Origin: an uncultured Pseudomonadales bacterium | GTDB taxonomy: Bacteria > Patescibacteriota > Microgenomatia > UBA1400 > PJMF01 | Direction of reading: 5' to 3' | Length of the DNA stretch: 64,000 nt | NCBI GenBank assembly: GCA_964620965.1 | Contig: CAZUHV010000001.1 | Span: 329,718 to 393,717, forward strand | In this document: in pieces, positions 1 through 11,228 of the stretch | Layout: each line of letters begins with the position of its first letter | How positions within the stretch are numbered: the first letter of the stretch is position 1 | Notes under the pieces: model-generated | Seen by the model: the letters and a program-made list of their open reading frames with translations, nothing else | What the model was told of the DNA's origin: nothing | The model's database searches: none | Translations under genes and position numbers: made by a program

Positions 1-269
1 GCTTTTACTTCGTCCTCTGTAACATTTTGATGAAATCGAATTCCACCTTTGTATGGACCAACCGCGTTATTATGCTGAGATCGAAATGCCTGAAAAGTCT
101 TAACTTTTCCGTTATCCATTTTGATTCTCAGTTGACCTTTAATCACCCTGTCTGGAGTTTTAAGTTGCTCTATTGCAGCATCAAATGCTTCTGTATCCTT
201 ATACGACTTTCTTAAAACTGTTGCGACAGTTTCAAGTTGCTTAATTGCATTTTTATGAGGATTACTCAT
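1..269 (-). CDS. gdhA: Glu/Leu/Phe/Val dehydrogenase (glutamate dehydrogenase), N-terminal part, runs off window
   Basis: Manual translation MSNPHKNAIKQLE...FQAFRSQHNNAVGPYKGGIRFHQNVTEDEVK; GPYKGGIRF is the GDH signature; not in ORF track because truncated. Confidence 0.9.
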   Translation of the reverse strand, partial: MSNPHKNAIKQLETVATVLRKSYKDTEAFDAAIEQLKTPDRVIKGQLRIKMDNGKVKTFQAFRSQHNNAVGPYKGGIRFHQNVTEDEVK

Positions 270-395
270 ATGTTTCTCCTTATTCTCCGTATGACTTACA
301 AAATATCATACTTTTTCATACTTTTTCAAGTACCATAAATTAAACCAGTCACTTTGTGGCCACTTACCATTCTTTTTTACTCTTTTTGAGTTTCT

Positions 396-1463
396 TTATT
401 CTTGCGTTTCTAGCCACCGTTCTGCATCTAAAGCAGCGCTACAGCCTTGTCCAGCAGCTGTTATTGCCTGTTTATATCTAACATCTACACCATCACCTGC
501 AGCAAACACACCTTCTACAGAAGTCATAGTTGGAAATGTCACTAATCCATCTTCATTAATAGCAGAAACTGCTAAATCAGTACCATTTTTTGTTGCACTT
601 TGTCTAGTCACAACGTATCCTTTTGAATCCAACTGAACTTGGTTAGTAAAGATCAAATTCATTGGTCTATGGCCAATTGCCATAAAAACACCTTGAGCAT
701 CATATTCTGCAGGTGACCCATTTTCTGTGACACGAATTTTCTCTACAGATTTTGTACCCATAATTTCTTCAAGGGTTGTGTTCCAATGAACTGTAATTTT
801 TGGATTATTAAGCACACGCTCCTGCATTATTTTACTTGCTTTAAAGCTGTCTCTTCTATGCAAGATGTGTACTTCACTTGCAAATTTTGTCAATGCAGTC
901 GCGTCCTCCATTGCAGAATCTCCTCCGCCAACAACAAACACTTTTTTCTCTTTAAAAAATGCTGCATCACAAACTGCACACGCACTCACACCTCTAGACC
1001 AAAATTCTTGTTCACCTTTAACACCAAGAGTAATTGGAGCTGCACCGGTAGCAATAATCACAGACTCTGCAACAACTGCAGGTTCGACACTTTCTTTTAC
1101 TTTTTGTGAAAAGGCTTCAATCTCTTCTGGTTTTAACTTAGTAAATTGTTGAGGATCAAACCCTTCTGGAAAATTTGTCCAAATTTTGAATGGTCGAGCA
1201 CTAAAGTCAACTGCAGTAACGTATTCATCTCTTATTACTGTTCCAAACTTTTCTGCTTGGGTTCTCATGCCAATCATCAAATCTGGCCCCATGATTCCCT
1301 CCGGAAATCCTGCAAAATTTTCAACATCGGTAGTGTTCATGAGCTGACCACCACTTGCAAATCCTGCAAATAAAACCGGAGCCAACTGAGCACGAGAATT
1401 ATAAATAGCTGCAGAATACCCTGCTGGACCAGACCCAATAATCACTACCTTTGTATTTTCCAT
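396..1463 (-). CDS. trxB: Thioredoxin-disulfide reductase
   Basis: GSGPAG FAD motif, CAVC active site, GGGDSA NADPH motif, GVFAAGD. Confidence 0.96.
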   Translation of the reverse strand: MENTKVVIIGSGPAGYSAAIYNSRAQLAPVLFAGFASGGQLMNTTDVENFAGFPEGIMGPDLMIGMRTQAEKFGTVIRDEYVTAVDFSARPFKIWTNFPEGFDPQQFTKLKPEEIEAFSQKVKESVEPAVVAESVIIATGAAPITLGVKGEQEFWSRGVSACAVCDAAFFKEKKVFVVGGGDSAMEDATALTKFASEVHILHRRDSFKASKIMQERVLNNPKITVHWNTTLEEIMGTKSVEKIRVTENGSPAEYDAQGVFMAIGHRPMNLIFTNQVQLDSKGYVVTRQSATKNGTDLAVSAINEDGLVTFPTMTSVEGVFAAGDGVDVRYKQAITAAGQGCSAALDAERWLETQE

Positions 1464-1534
1464 ATACTTCCTTTTGTTTCAACTGCACCCACATTTCATG
1501 GTTGCACAATCACACAAATTTACTTAATCAAAAC

Positions 1535-1894
1535 TTATGCAACCTCATTCATTGCATCTTCAAGCATTTGGACATAGCCTTGCTTTCCAGCAAATCCAAT
1601 TTTTCGGTCAACTTCTTCGCCATTCACAAAAACAATAACTGTTGGAATAGACATAACACCGTGTTGTGCTGCCAATTCATTTTCTGCATCGACATCAACT
1701 TTTGCAATAACTGCTGTATCAGCATATTCACCAGCGAGCTCTTCAATTACTGGAGCAGCCATCTTACATGGGCCACACCACTCTGCAAAGAAGTCAACTA
1801 AAACTGGTTTACCAGCTGCCGCCTTAATTGTTTCTGCAAAACTATCTGTTGTAAGGTGTAAAGCACCTTTTGTTGCTTTTTTGTCGTCTGACAT
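1535..1894 (-). CDS. trxA: Thioredoxin
   Basis: WCGPCK motif, cis-Pro SIPT. Confidence 0.96.
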   Translation of the reverse strand: MSDDKKATKGALHLTTDSFAETIKAAAGKPVLVDFFAEWCGPCKMAAPVIEELAGEYADTAVIAKVDVDAENELAAQHGVMSIPTVIVFVNGEEVDRKIGFAGKQGYVQMLEDAMNEVA

Positions 1895-1976
1895 ACTTTC
1901 TCCTTTTTGTATTACAAATTACTTTTTACAGTACTACTACTTTTTTACTAGCTTTCCGTGTAGTACACAATATGAA

Positions 1977-2213
1977 CTAATACCTAAAAATTTCCTTCAA
2001 AATTTCATTTAATTCATCTGGTTTTCTTTCTTTAGTACAGCGGGTTGCTTCATTAGAAAGGAGTGATTTTGCTACACTTCCCAACGAGCTTCTGGCTGCA
2101 ATCACTTGGCGAACGATATCGACACACATACGTTCGTCTTCGTACATTTTGATAATGCCATCGATCTGGCCTCTGATTCTTTTGAGTTGAGCTAAAACTT
2201 TGTCATTTTGCAT
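1977..2213 (-). CDS. CsoR/RcnR/FrmR-family metal- or thiol-sensing repressor
   Basis: QLKRIRGQIDGIIKM...C..IVRQVIAARSSL pattern; probable start ATG 2213, 6 nt after the -10 box. Confidence 0.88.
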   Translation of the reverse strand: MQNDKVLAQLKRIRGQIDGIIKMYEDERMCVDIVRQVIAARSSLGSVAKSLLSNEATRCTKERKPDELNEILKEIFRY

Positions 2214-2219
2214 AATACG

Positions 2220-2248
2220 AGCATACCCCTGAGGGGTATATTTGTAAA
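2220..2248 (-). promoter_or_regulatory. Sigma70 promoter (TTTACA-17-TATGCT) overlapped by CsoR-type operator ATACCCCT-G-AGGGGTAT (2223-2239)
   Basis: Perfect 8-1-8 inverted repeat with C-tract/G-tract typical of CsoR/RcnR operators, directly upstream of the csoR-like gene. Confidence 0.8.
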
Positions 2249-2256
2249 GAGGCAAT

Positions 2257-4050
2257 TTACTTTAATTTTTCTTTTACATTGAGCTCTGCGAGGGTTTTTA
2301 AAAGTTGGTTGTGTTCAGCTTCCTCTTGAGGAGTGAGCTCATCTTTTTCGTCTAGAATAGATATTTTTTTGATAATTTCTTTTTTCTTATCTGTAAGTGC
2401 AATTGTCTTTAGTTTTTTGATGCTCCCATTCCACTCTGCCTGCACATCAAGATTTTGTAAATCCTTCACAAAGTCCTGATTTGAGTGAATATCAAAGAGT
2501 GTTTCCTGTAGTTCTGCTGGAAGAGTACTCGCAAACTTCTTTAAAACAAAAACGCCATCAAAATTGTCCAGTTCCGTAATGATTTTTTGTAACACTGGGT
2601 TAGAAAACTCAACCGATTTTTTATGCAAATCCCGCACATACTCAAAAATCTTGGTAGTTTCTGACTGGAACAATAAGAAAATAATATAGCGTTCTAATCG
2701 ATCTCTTACAGATAGTTTTGGTTCTAGAGCTTCTTTTTTTGATTGCTTCACAACTTCACCCCCAAAACTTTTTCCTCTTTGGAAATTTTGAATATCAGCC
2801 TTAACACTTTCTAAATTGACTCCCAATTTTTGTGCAACTTCTCTGCTGTAGTGTTCTCTTTCCACTGCATGGTCAATCTCTGATAGCACAGGTAATAGTT
2901 CTCTCATGATCGCCTGCTTACCCTCTGGTGTAGACGCATCATTATTTTTAAATGCAACTAAGATTAAAAATTCGTGTGCTGTAACTGATTCTTTTACTGC
3001 TTTTCGCCAAAGCTTAGAGTCTGTTTTGATAAGTTCATCAGGATCTTTTCCGTCTGGAATTACAATCACACGAAGCTGAAGCTCTGTTTTTTTAAGAGCC
3101 TCAATTGCTTTTTTTGTTGCAGCAACGCCAGCACTATCAGTATCTAAAGAAAGCAATACTTTTTCTACTGTTCGTGCCAATAACTTTGCATGATCTTCTG
3201 TTAATGCCGATCCTTTAATTGCAACAATAGAGTTCATGTGAGCTTGAGTTGAAGACACAACATCAAACTCACCTTCAACAACAACTACAAATCCAGCTTT
3301 GCGAATTTCTTGATACAACTCGGAAAAACCAAACAACATTTTACTTTTGTGATATAACACTGTTTCTGGAGAGTTAATGTATTTTGCGTCTTTTTCATCT
3401 CCCTGAATTTTTCTTCCAGAAAAACCAACAACTCTCCCTCTATGATCTTTTAATGGAAAAATAATTCTGCCTCTAAATCGGTCGTAATATTTATTATTTC
3501 TACCTTTAATAATCAAACCAGCCTGTTCAAGTATGCTTAAACTATATTTTTTCTTTTTATGCAAAAAGGTAAGTAAACCTTCCCACTGATCCAAAGCATA
3601 GCCCATTTGGAATAAAGTAACCGATTCTTTAGTTACTTTTCTTTCTTTGAGATACTCACGGGCAACTTCTCCAGACTTGTGGTCTGTTAATAAATAGTGA
3701 TAATACGAACGAGCCAGACTTAAAACTTCTAAAATTTCTTCTCTGAGTGTGTCATCTTTTGATTTTGTATATTTTTTTAAAGTAATTCCTGCTTTTTGTG
3801 CAAGCTCTTCTAGTGCTTCTGAAAAGCTCATACCCTCATACTTTTCTAAAAATGTGAGAACATCACCAGATTCTCCACAACCAAAACACTTATAACGTTG
3901 TAAAGCATCGTCAACAAAAAATGAAGGACTCTTCTCTGAATGAAATGGACAATTAGCTTTAAAATACCTGCCTGCCTTTTGTAAACCAATCCGAGCACCT
4001 ATGACTTCAACAATATCTGTAGCCTCTTTGACCTCTTGAACCTGTGACAT
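2257..4050 (-). CDS. dnaG: DNA primase
   Basis: CPFH...CFGC zinc finger, DRFRGRIIFP, KYINSPET, VEGEFD and DxDxAG Toprim motifs. Confidence 0.97.
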   Translation of the reverse strand: MSQVQEVKEATDIVEVIGARIGLQKAGRYFKANCPFHSEKSPSFFVDDALQRYKCFGCGESGDVLTFLEKYEGMSFSEALEELAQKAGITLKKYTKSKDDTLREEILEVLSLARSYYHYLLTDHKSGEVAREYLKERKVTKESVTLFQMGYALDQWEGLLTFLHKKKKYSLSILEQAGLIIKGRNNKYYDRFRGRIIFPLKDHRGRVVGFSGRKIQGDEKDAKYINSPETVLYHKSKMLFGFSELYQEIRKAGFVVVVEGEFDVVSSTQAHMNSIVAIKGSALTEDHAKLLARTVEKVLLSLDTDSAGVAATKKAIEALKKTELQLRVIVIPDGKDPDELIKTDSKLWRKAVKESVTAHEFLILVAFKNNDASTPEGKQAIMRELLPVLSEIDHAVEREHYSREVAQKLGVNLESVKADIQNFQRGKSFGGEVVKQSKKEALEPKLSVRDRLERYIIFLLFQSETTKIFEYVRDLHKKSVEFSNPVLQKIITELDNFDGVFVLKKFASTLPAELQETLFDIHSNQDFVKDLQNLDVQAEWNGSIKKLKTIALTDKKKEIIKKISILDEKDELTPQEEAEHNQLLKTLAELNVKEKLK

Positions 4051-4146
4051 ATTTACCCCAATTTTAACCAAAACTTACCGAATTTAGTAGTGCGAGTTTG
4101 CCTGAGGTCATTGTATAGTATAAAAGTGAGAATAATTGCACAAAAA

Positions 4147-5778
4147 ATGAAACAGTTTTGGCCCCTGATTGTTCTAGTGCTCTATTTTTCATTGTTTTAT
4201 TTTACTTACATTAACTTACACAATTCTGACATTGGCAGGCATATCACAAATGGTAGGCAGATTTTTTCTGGTTCACAACAAGAATTTTTTTCACTACTTC
4301 ATACTAATTTTTATTCGTTCAGCGAAACTAATCGATCTAATATAAATCATCACTGGTTTTTCGGGATAATTGCATATGTAATTGAGCAAACTGGAGGATT
4401 CTCTGGATTAACAGTATTTAATGTTTTTGCAAATACAGCTGCATTTAGCTTGATACTTGTAACGGCTTTGCAAGCTGTCCATAAAAAAAACCACTCAGTA
4501 TCGAAAATAGGTTTATATCTTGTTACTGTAATTGGTTTTCTTGTACATCCACTCATTACACAAAGATTAGAAGTGCGCCCAGAATCTGTGAGTTTATTAC
4601 TCTTTGCTTTTTATAACTATGTTTTAAATACAAAATTAGTGTACAAACAAAAGTGGCTTTTGCTGCTGCTGTTTGCTCTACAAATAGTTTGGGTAAACTC
4701 CCACCTCTTTTTTATACTTGGGCCATTACTTGTTGGATACTACTTGTTTCAAGAAATACTACAACTTGTTTTTGAAAAACAAAAAATACTAGAAATAACA
4801 AAAAACAAAACTGTGCGTTTGTTAGGAACTCTATTTTTTGGATTAGTAGTTGCGAGCTTAATAAACCCATTTTTTATGGAAGGACTGCTTACACCTCTCA
4901 CTATTTTTAATAATTATGCGTATAGAGTTGCAGAAAATCAATCAACATTTTTTATGATCAGTTATGGTAGTAAAGTATTTTACTATTCGTATGTTGTTGG
5001 ACTAAGTACAATAAGTTTAGTTCTATTTTTTTATTCTTTATTTAAAAATAAAAAAATTGTTGGGCAGAAAATCTATGGAAAAAAAGTTGCACAACTAATT
5101 TTACTTTTTATCTTTATATTTTTAGCAAATAAAGTTAATAGAATGACTCCATTTTTAGCAGTCATTATAGTTCCGCTTCTAGTTGAAACTATTTATAATG
5201 CTGTACAAGACTTTATAGAAAAGCATAAAACAAAATTAAATAATACTGTTACAACTTTATTGCTTTCAACTGTTTCATGTATTTTATTATTTTTAGTTTT
5301 ATTTTCTGGAATTTTTACACCACATATTCCAAATATCGGAGCAGGTCTAATACCAAATACATTTGCATCAGCAGAGTTTTTTAAACAAAATTCTATAAAG
5401 GGCCCAATTTTTAATAACTATGATATTGGAGGGTATCTTGCCTACACACTTTTTCCACAAGAAAAATTATTTATTGATAACCGCCCAGAAGCATACTCTG
5501 AAAACTTTTTGCAAAATGAGTTTCTTGCCGCGCTAAATAATGAATCAAAATGGGAAGAGCTTGAAAATAAATATCAGTTTAACGCAATTTATTTTTATAG
5601 ATTAGATCAAATCGATGGAGCTCAAAACTTTTTATATGAAAGAGTAAGAGATGAAAGTTGGGTTCCAGTATATGTAGATCAATTCGTACTGCTTTTTGTT
5701 AAAAATTCTCAAAACAACCAATCTGTAATAAAAACGTATGAGTTGCCAAAAGAAATGTTTGGCATGACTTCCTTGTAG
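4147..5778 (+). CDS. Multi-pass membrane protein, probable GT-C-fold glycosyltransferase-like
   Basis: Many TM segments; DIGRHI..G, RPE, WVNSH, NYDIGGYL, FIDNRPEAY motifs. Confidence 0.6.
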   Translation: MKQFWPLIVLVLYFSLFYFTYINLHNSDIGRHITNGRQIFSGSQQEFFSLLHTNFYSFSETNRSNINHHWFFGIIAYVIEQTGGFSGLTVFNVFANTAAFSLILVTALQAVHKKNHSVSKIGLYLVTVIGFLVHPLITQRLEVRPESVSLLLFAFYNYVLNTKLVYKQKWLLLLLFALQIVWVNSHLFFILGPLLVGYYLFQEILQLVFEKQKILEITKNKTVRLLGTLFFGLVVASLINPFFMEGLLTPLTIFNNYAYRVAENQSTFFMISYGSKVFYYSYVVGLSTISLVLFFYSLFKNKKIVGQKIYGKKVAQLILLFIFIFLANKVNRMTPFLAVIIVPLLVETIYNAVQDFIEKHKTKLNNTVTTLLLSTVSCILLFLVLFSGIFTPHIPNIGAGLIPNTFASAEFFKQNSIKGPIFNNYDIGGYLAYTLFPQEKLFIDNRPEAYSENFLQNEFLAALNNESKWEELENKYQFNAIYFYRLDQIDGAQNFLYERVRDESWVPVYVDQFVLLFVKNSQNNQSVIKTYELPKEMFGMTSL

Positions 5779-5838
5779 TCTTTTTAAATAAAGCTATATT
5801 ACAGTTTTTGTAAGAATGTTCAGCTATGCTGAGCATGT

Positions 5839-6228
5839 ATGACATGTATACAAAGTTCCGAAATCTATAACTATACTCAAAATAATTTGAAAAAATTAAG
5901 CCTAACAGAAAAAAATTGCAATTTGCTTTTTTTTCTTGATAATAATTATTCCATAATTTCAACTCATACTTATTTTGAGAATCTAGAAAAACCTTTGACA
6001 ATAACTGATGTATTTATTCCAGGTTTTTATGTACACGCAACATATGTTATTTTGGCAAAATATTTTCCCAATAGAAAAAATCTGCTACCCAAAAATGAAG
6101 AAACAGAGTTTTATTCAAAACTTAAAAAAACAGAAAAATCCTTTGGAATAGTTTTACAAGATTTTTTAATTATTTCAAAAAAGAGTTATTTTTCTTTTTA
6201 TAAAAATAAAATTATTTCACACGTTTAA
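5839..6228 (+). CDS. Degenerate RadC/JAB-like domain protein
   Basis: C-terminal FGIVLQDFLIISKKSYFSF resembles RadC LGI.LLDHIII...Y.SF; HNHPSG motif absent. Confidence 0.5.
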   Translation: MTCIQSSEIYNYTQNNLKKLSLTEKNCNLLFFLDNNYSIISTHTYFENLEKPLTITDVFIPGFYVHATYVILAKYFPNRKNLLPKNEETEFYSKLKKTEKSFGIVLQDFLIISKKSYFSFYKNKIISHV

Positions 6229-7894
6229 ATAATTGATCCAAATACAAAATATCCAACTCAACTTCAACAGGCCTACCATGAGGACAAGTATATTTTTCAT
6301 CAGTTTGTAATAGTTTTTCTAGTAGTCGTTTTCTCTCTTTTGCTGTTAATTTTTCTCCAGCTTTAATTGCAGTTCTGCACGCTAAATATGCAATAGTTCT
6401 GTGTGTTCCAACATCAAGCTCCTTAGGTGCAGTAGCATTTATACAATCATGCAATAATTCTTGAATTAATCTTTGTATATTTCTTGTTTTAAAAACAACA
6501 GGGATTGTTGTAACAAAAAACGAATCTTTTTTTTGTATAATCTCAAAACCTAGATCTGTAAATGTTTTGAGTTGCGTTTTCAAAAATGCTAGTTCTGCTT
6601 TTGGAAAATCTAATTTAATTTGTTGATCTAGCTCTATTGTTTCAAAACGCTTTTGATTAAATTTTTCTAAAAATTCTTGATATAAAATCCGTTCATGTGC
6701 AGCATGTTGGTCTACGATTAAAATGCCTCGTTTTGTTTGAGCAACCAAATATAAATTATGGACCTGCAGAACTTCTGTGTCCTCAATAAGTTCTGCGTCT
6801 TTTATGTTCCAACCGTCACTCTGATTTCTCACGATTTTTGCTATTCCGGCATCCATTGTGTACTCGTCATAAAATCCATTACTTCCCCTTTGAGAATAAG
6901 TTAGGTTTGCTTGTTTAAGAATATTTTGTATTTCTGTTTCAAGAGTTTTAATAATCTCAGAAAGGTTTGTAAATTTAACTTGTGTTTTTTGTGGGTCAAT
7001 ATTTACATCAACTAAATCCGGAGAAAGTTCAAGATGCAACAAAAATGCTGGGTAGCTTTTTGGTTCTAGCAAAGTTGAAAAAACTTCTTTAATTTTTTGT
7101 GCAATTTCTTTACTGTAAACACTTCTGTTATTTACAAACAAAAACTGTCTATTTTTAGATTGAGTTCCAATTTGTGGCTTTCCAATAAATCCAGTAATTT
7201 TAAAATGATCTCCAAGAATTTTTATTGGCAATAAATTTTCACTAACTTCTTGTGATAAAAGTTCTGTTGCACGCTCTAATAACTCTTGGCTTGCTGGTAG
7301 TTCAATCACAACTTTTTTGTTATGAATCAAAGTGAATGCAACTTCACAATGTGCCAATGCCTGTTGCGTAATTATTTGTAGTATATGTGCAAACTCAGTT
7401 GTATTTGATTTTAGAAACTTTTTTCTAGCGGGAATTTTTGAAAATAATCCAGAAACAGTAACTCTTGTTCCAGTTGGCATCCCAACAGATCCTTTTCGAT
7501 GCATCATTCCATCAACAAGTTCAATATACTTGCCTGCCAACTCACTTTCAGGTTTAGACTCAATGCGAACTTGAGCAGAAGCTACAATGCTAGAAAGTGC
7601 TTCACCTCTAAAACCAAAGCTAGTAATGTGAAGCAAATCATCTGAATTGAAAATCTTGCTAGTCGTGTGATGCTGAAAACAAAGCTCAAGATCAGCTTCT
7701 GACATCCCCAAACCATTGTCAGTCACAATAATCTTTTTTTTACCTGCAGACTCCAGTTCCGCAATAATATGAGTAGCTTTTGCATCTAGGGCATTTTCCA
7801 CCAGCTCTTTGATGATACTAGCCGGCCGCTCAACAATTTGTCCTGCGGCAATTTTTGTTATAACTTCAATAGGTAATTGCTTAATTTTTGCCAT
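6212..7894 (-). CDS. mutL: DNA mismatch repair endonuclease MutL
   Basis: KELVENALDA, GFRGEAL, DQHAAHER, ACR, CPHGRP. Confidence 0.97.
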   Translation of the reverse strand: MAKIKQLPIEVITKIAAGQIVERPASIIKELVENALDAKATHIIAELESAGKKKIIVTDNGLGMSEADLELCFQHHTTSKIFNSDDLLHITSFGFRGEALSSIVASAQVRIESKPESELAGKYIELVDGMMHRKGSVGMPTGTRVTVSGLFSKIPARKKFLKSNTTEFAHILQIITQQALAHCEVAFTLIHNKKVVIELPASQELLERATELLSQEVSENLLPIKILGDHFKITGFIGKPQIGTQSKNRQFLFVNNRSVYSKEIAQKIKEVFSTLLEPKSYPAFLLHLELSPDLVDVNIDPQKTQVKFTNLSEIIKTLETEIQNILKQANLTYSQRGSNGFYDEYTMDAGIAKIVRNQSDGWNIKDAELIEDTEVLQVHNLYLVAQTKRGILIVDQHAAHERILYQEFLEKFNQKRFETIELDQQIKLDFPKAELAFLKTQLKTFTDLGFEIIQKKDSFFVTTIPVVFKTRNIQRLIQELLHDCINATAPKELDVGTHRTIAYLACRTAIKAGEKLTAKERKRLLEKLLQTDEKYTCPHGRPVEVELDILYLDQLFKRVK

Positions 7895-7895
7895 A

Positions 7896-10502
7896 CTACT
7901 TTTTTGTTTTTTGCACTTTTTCCAAAAATTGTAATGCTTGCATTGGGGTCATATTTTTCAAATCTAGTTGCGCAATTTCTGCTTCTAAATCTGTTTTTTG
8001 TAACTCTTTTTGCATTTTATAACTGTGATGTTTTTGAGAATTTTTTGCCTCTAATTTCTGTAATATTTCTACTGCATTTTGAGTTACAATTTTTGGAACT
8101 CCAGCTAGTTTTGCAACAGCAACACCAAAACTATGGTTTGCCCCACCTTCGATTACTTTATGCAAAAATACAGGCTCCCCATTATTATTTTCTATTGCAA
8201 CCTGATAGTTTTTGATTTTCTCTGGGTACAGTTCTGCTAGTTTTTGTAGTTCGTGATAGTGAGTTGCAAAAAGTGTCTTTGGTTGTAGTTCACTTGTAAC
8301 TAAATACTCGGCAACTGCCCAAGCAATGCTAATGCCGTCATACGTACTTGTTCCGCGACCAATTTCATCCATAATAATCAAACTTTTATTCGTAGTATGA
8401 TTCAAAATATGGGCAGTTTCTACCATCTCAACCATAAATGTCGAAAGACCACTCGCGATAATATCGCTCGCTCCACTCCTCACAAAAATTCTATCCACTA
8501 ATGAGATTTCTGCAGACTTTGCCGGAACAAAACAACCAATATGGGCAAGCAACACTATCAGTGCTGTTTGTCGCATATACACAGATTTTCCTGCCATGTT
8601 TGGACCAGTAATCAACAAAAGTTGGTGATCTGTATTATTAAGCAACGTGTCATTTGGAACAAACTGTGAGTCTTCGAGAACTTTTTCTACAACTGGGTGT
8701 CTGCCATCAATAATTTTTATCTCTCCAGAATTTTGCAGTTTTGGTTTTACATAGTTTTCTTTTTGTGCCAAAACTGCAAATGTAGCCAATACATCAACAA
8801 CTGCCAATACATACGCTACATCTTGCAAAATATTTGTGTGCTCTATAATCCCATCTACCGTTTCAAGAAAAAGCTCATACTCAATAACTCCGATTTCTTC
8901 TTCTGCGTTTAAAATCAAATCTTCATATTCTTTAAGCTCATCAGTAATAAACCGTTCTGCATTAACTAAGGTTTGTTTTCTATAATAATCGCTTGGCACA
9001 CTCTCAAGATTTGCTTTACTAATCTCTATATAGTATCCAAAAACTTTATTGTACTTAACTTTTAACGAGTTAATTCCTGTTCGCTCACGTTCTTTTTGCT
9101 CGAATGACTTTATCCAAGTTTTTCCTCCACCAGAAATTTCTCTTAGTTGATCTAGTTTTTTGTGTAGCCCTTGTTTTATTATTCCACCACTTCGAATATC
9201 AATTTTTGGAGTATCCAAGATTCTTGTTTCAATCCACCCAATAACTTTCAAAATATCGTCTGAAATTTTTTCTAATAATTCTTTTGCTAAGTCATTTTTT
9301 AGTTCAAAGAGTTTTGCTTTAATTTCTATACTTTTTTGCAAAGAAATTTTTAAATTAATAACATCACCAGGATTAGCAATTCCAACCGCTAACTTAGCAA
9401 CTATTCTTTCAATATCATATATTGAACTAATAATTGCTAAAACTTCTGAGCGAACGTTTCTGTTGTATAAAAACTCTTCTACAAAATCCAAGCGTTTTTC
9501 AATTTCCTTTTTCTTTTTAAGTGGATGCGTTACCCATCTCTTTAGTAATCTTCCACCAGCTGCACTTACAGTTTTATCAATCACATTTAGTAGTGACCCA
9601 CTTTTTTCACCTTCTCTGATTGTTTCAAATAGTTCTAAGTTAACAATTGTTGACCTATCTAAAACCACAAATTCGTGAGGCTTATATGACTCAATTTTTT
9701 TAATATGAGAAACTGTTTGTTGCTGCGTATGGGTTAAATATCCAAGTAGTGTTGCACTTGCAACCGTTGCTAGTTTTTTTGATTCAATCCCAAACCCTCG
9801 CAAACTTTGAATGCCAAACTGCTGCTTTAAATACTGAGAAGCATCGCTTTCAAAAGCATCCCAGTTATCAAATGGAAAAATATTCATATTTGGAACTTTT
9901 TGTAACAGCCCCAAAAATTCAGTACTATTATAAAAATTCGTAGAAACAATACACTCACTTGGACGAAATCTCAGGAGCTCTGTCAGCAACAATTGGCTGA
10001 AATCTTGCCATGAGTTTGCCTCCAGTTGCGTTGTCACAAACATACCAGTAGAAAGATCTGCAAATGCCAACCCAACCACGAATTCTTTATTTAAGTTACC
10101 TGGAGAAATACTCACAATATGGTTATTTTCTTTTTGAACTAAAGAGTTCTCATTTAGAACAGTTCCTGGAGTTACTATTCTGACAACTGCACGCTCAACA
10201 ATTCCTTTTTTGTCTGGCTCCGTAATTTGCTCACAAATTGCAACTTTATACCCAGCTTGTACCAACTTTGCTAGATACTGCTCTGCAGCGTGGTATGGCA
10301 CTCCAGCCATTGGAACTTCTCCATCTTTTCCACGAGGGCGAGCTGTTAAAGTAATATTTAAAACCCGTGCACCAACCAAAGCATCATCTAAAAAAAGTTC
10401 ATAAAAATCACCAAGTCTAAAAAATAATAAACAATCAGGATACTGGCGTTTTACGTCCATGTATTGAATCATCATTGGCGTTGAGAAAACTCTATCCTGC
10501 AT
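7896..10502 (-). CDS. mutS: DNA mismatch repair protein MutS
   Basis: [45 protein letters not shown]. Confidence 0.97.
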   Translation of the reverse strand: MQDRVFSTPMMIQYMDVKRQYPDCLLFFRLGDFYELFLDDALVGARVLNITLTARPRGKDGEVPMAGVPYHAAEQYLAKLVQAGYKVAICEQITEPDKKGIVERAVVRIVTPGTVLNENSLVQKENNHIVSISPGNLNKEFVVGLAFADLSTGMFVTTQLEANSWQDFSQLLLTELLRFRPSECIVSTNFYNSTEFLGLLQKVPNMNIFPFDNWDAFESDASQYLKQQFGIQSLRGFGIESKKLATVASATLLGYLTHTQQQTVSHIKKIESYKPHEFVVLDRSTIVNLELFETIREGEKSGSLLNVIDKTVSAAGGRLLKRWVTHPLKKKKEIEKRLDFVEEFLYNRNVRSEVLAIISSIYDIERIVAKLAVGIANPGDVINLKISLQKSIEIKAKLFELKNDLAKELLEKISDDILKVIGWIETRILDTPKIDIRSGGIIKQGLHKKLDQLREISGGGKTWIKSFEQKERERTGINSLKVKYNKVFGYYIEISKANLESVPSDYYRKQTLVNAERFITDELKEYEDLILNAEEEIGVIEYELFLETVDGIIEHTNILQDVAYVLAVVDVLATFAVLAQKENYVKPKLQNSGEIKIIDGRHPVVEKVLEDSQFVPNDTLLNNTDHQLLLITGPNMAGKSVYMRQTALIVLLAHIGCFVPAKSAEISLVDRIFVRSGASDIIASGLSTFMVEMVETAHILNHTTNKSLIIMDEIGRGTSTYDGISIAWAVAEYLVTSELQPKTLFATHYHELQKLAELYPEKIKNYQVAIENNNGEPVFLHKVIEGGANHSFGVAVAKLAGVPKIVTQNAVEILQKLEAKNSQKHHSYKMQKELQKTDLEAEIAQLDLKNMTPMQALQFLEKVQKTKK

Positions 10503-10552
10503 ATGCAAACACTACTATAACAGTATCAGCATAGTTTTGAAAAACAAAATAT

Positions 10553-11200
10553 CTATTCAAAATCTTGAGAATTAATTTTTCTTAATTTAAACGAGATTCT
10601 CTTCTTTGCAAGTTCTTCTTCAAGGTAACTATTTTTTTGGTATGAGCTTAATAGATATATTGTTGTATCACCGTTCTCCCGCACTTGTCCTTGCTCCAAA
10701 ATTCCATAGTTTTGTAGTAAGTTCAAAACCCTGTTTAAATTTTTTGTTTTTACTATTAAAACGTATGGCTTTGCTTTTAACCCAGTAACAAACTGCAGTT
10801 TCGCAATTGGCTCAAGCAATAACACAATTAACAACATAGAAGCAGAGACCAAATACATCCCTGCTCCGATAGCAATGCCAATGGCTGCTGTCACCCAAAT
10901 CATTGCAGCAGTTGTCACTCCAAGAACTTTTCTATCACTTTTTAAAATCACACCTCCACCAACAAAACCGATACCTGTAACTATTTGTGCCATTAACCGT
11001 GCTGGATCAGCATTTGCAGAAGGATACAAATCTCGAAGATGAATAGAAATTGCGCTTATTAAAGTTGCTCCAACACAAAGCAACATTTGGGTTCTCATCC
11101 CTGCTGGTTTTCCACTTACAGTACGCGTATACCCAATTGCCCCTCCAATAATAAAGGCAATACAGAGTTTAAAAATAATATCTAGTTCTAAAATAGTCAT
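10553..11200 (-). CDS. MgtC/SapB family membrane protein
   Basis: KPAGMRT, DPARLMAQIVTGIGFVGGGVI, GVTTAAMIW. Confidence 0.9.
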   Translation of the reverse strand: MTILELDIIFKLCIAFIIGGAIGYTRTVSGKPAGMRTQMLLCVGATLISAISIHLRDLYPSANADPARLMAQIVTGIGFVGGGVILKSDRKVLGVTTAAMIWVTAAIGIAIGAGMYLVSASMLLIVLLLEPIAKLQFVTGLKAKPYVLIVKTKNLNRVLNLLQNYGILEQGQVRENGDTTIYLLSSYQKNSYLEEELAKKRISFKLRKINSQDFE

Positions 11201-11228
11201 AGTGATGCATACTATACTACTAATAGAA

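Noticed and set aside
306-328. TCATACTTTT tandem repeat upstream of gdh
   Set aside because: Two copies in AT-rich DNA; not distinguishable from chance.
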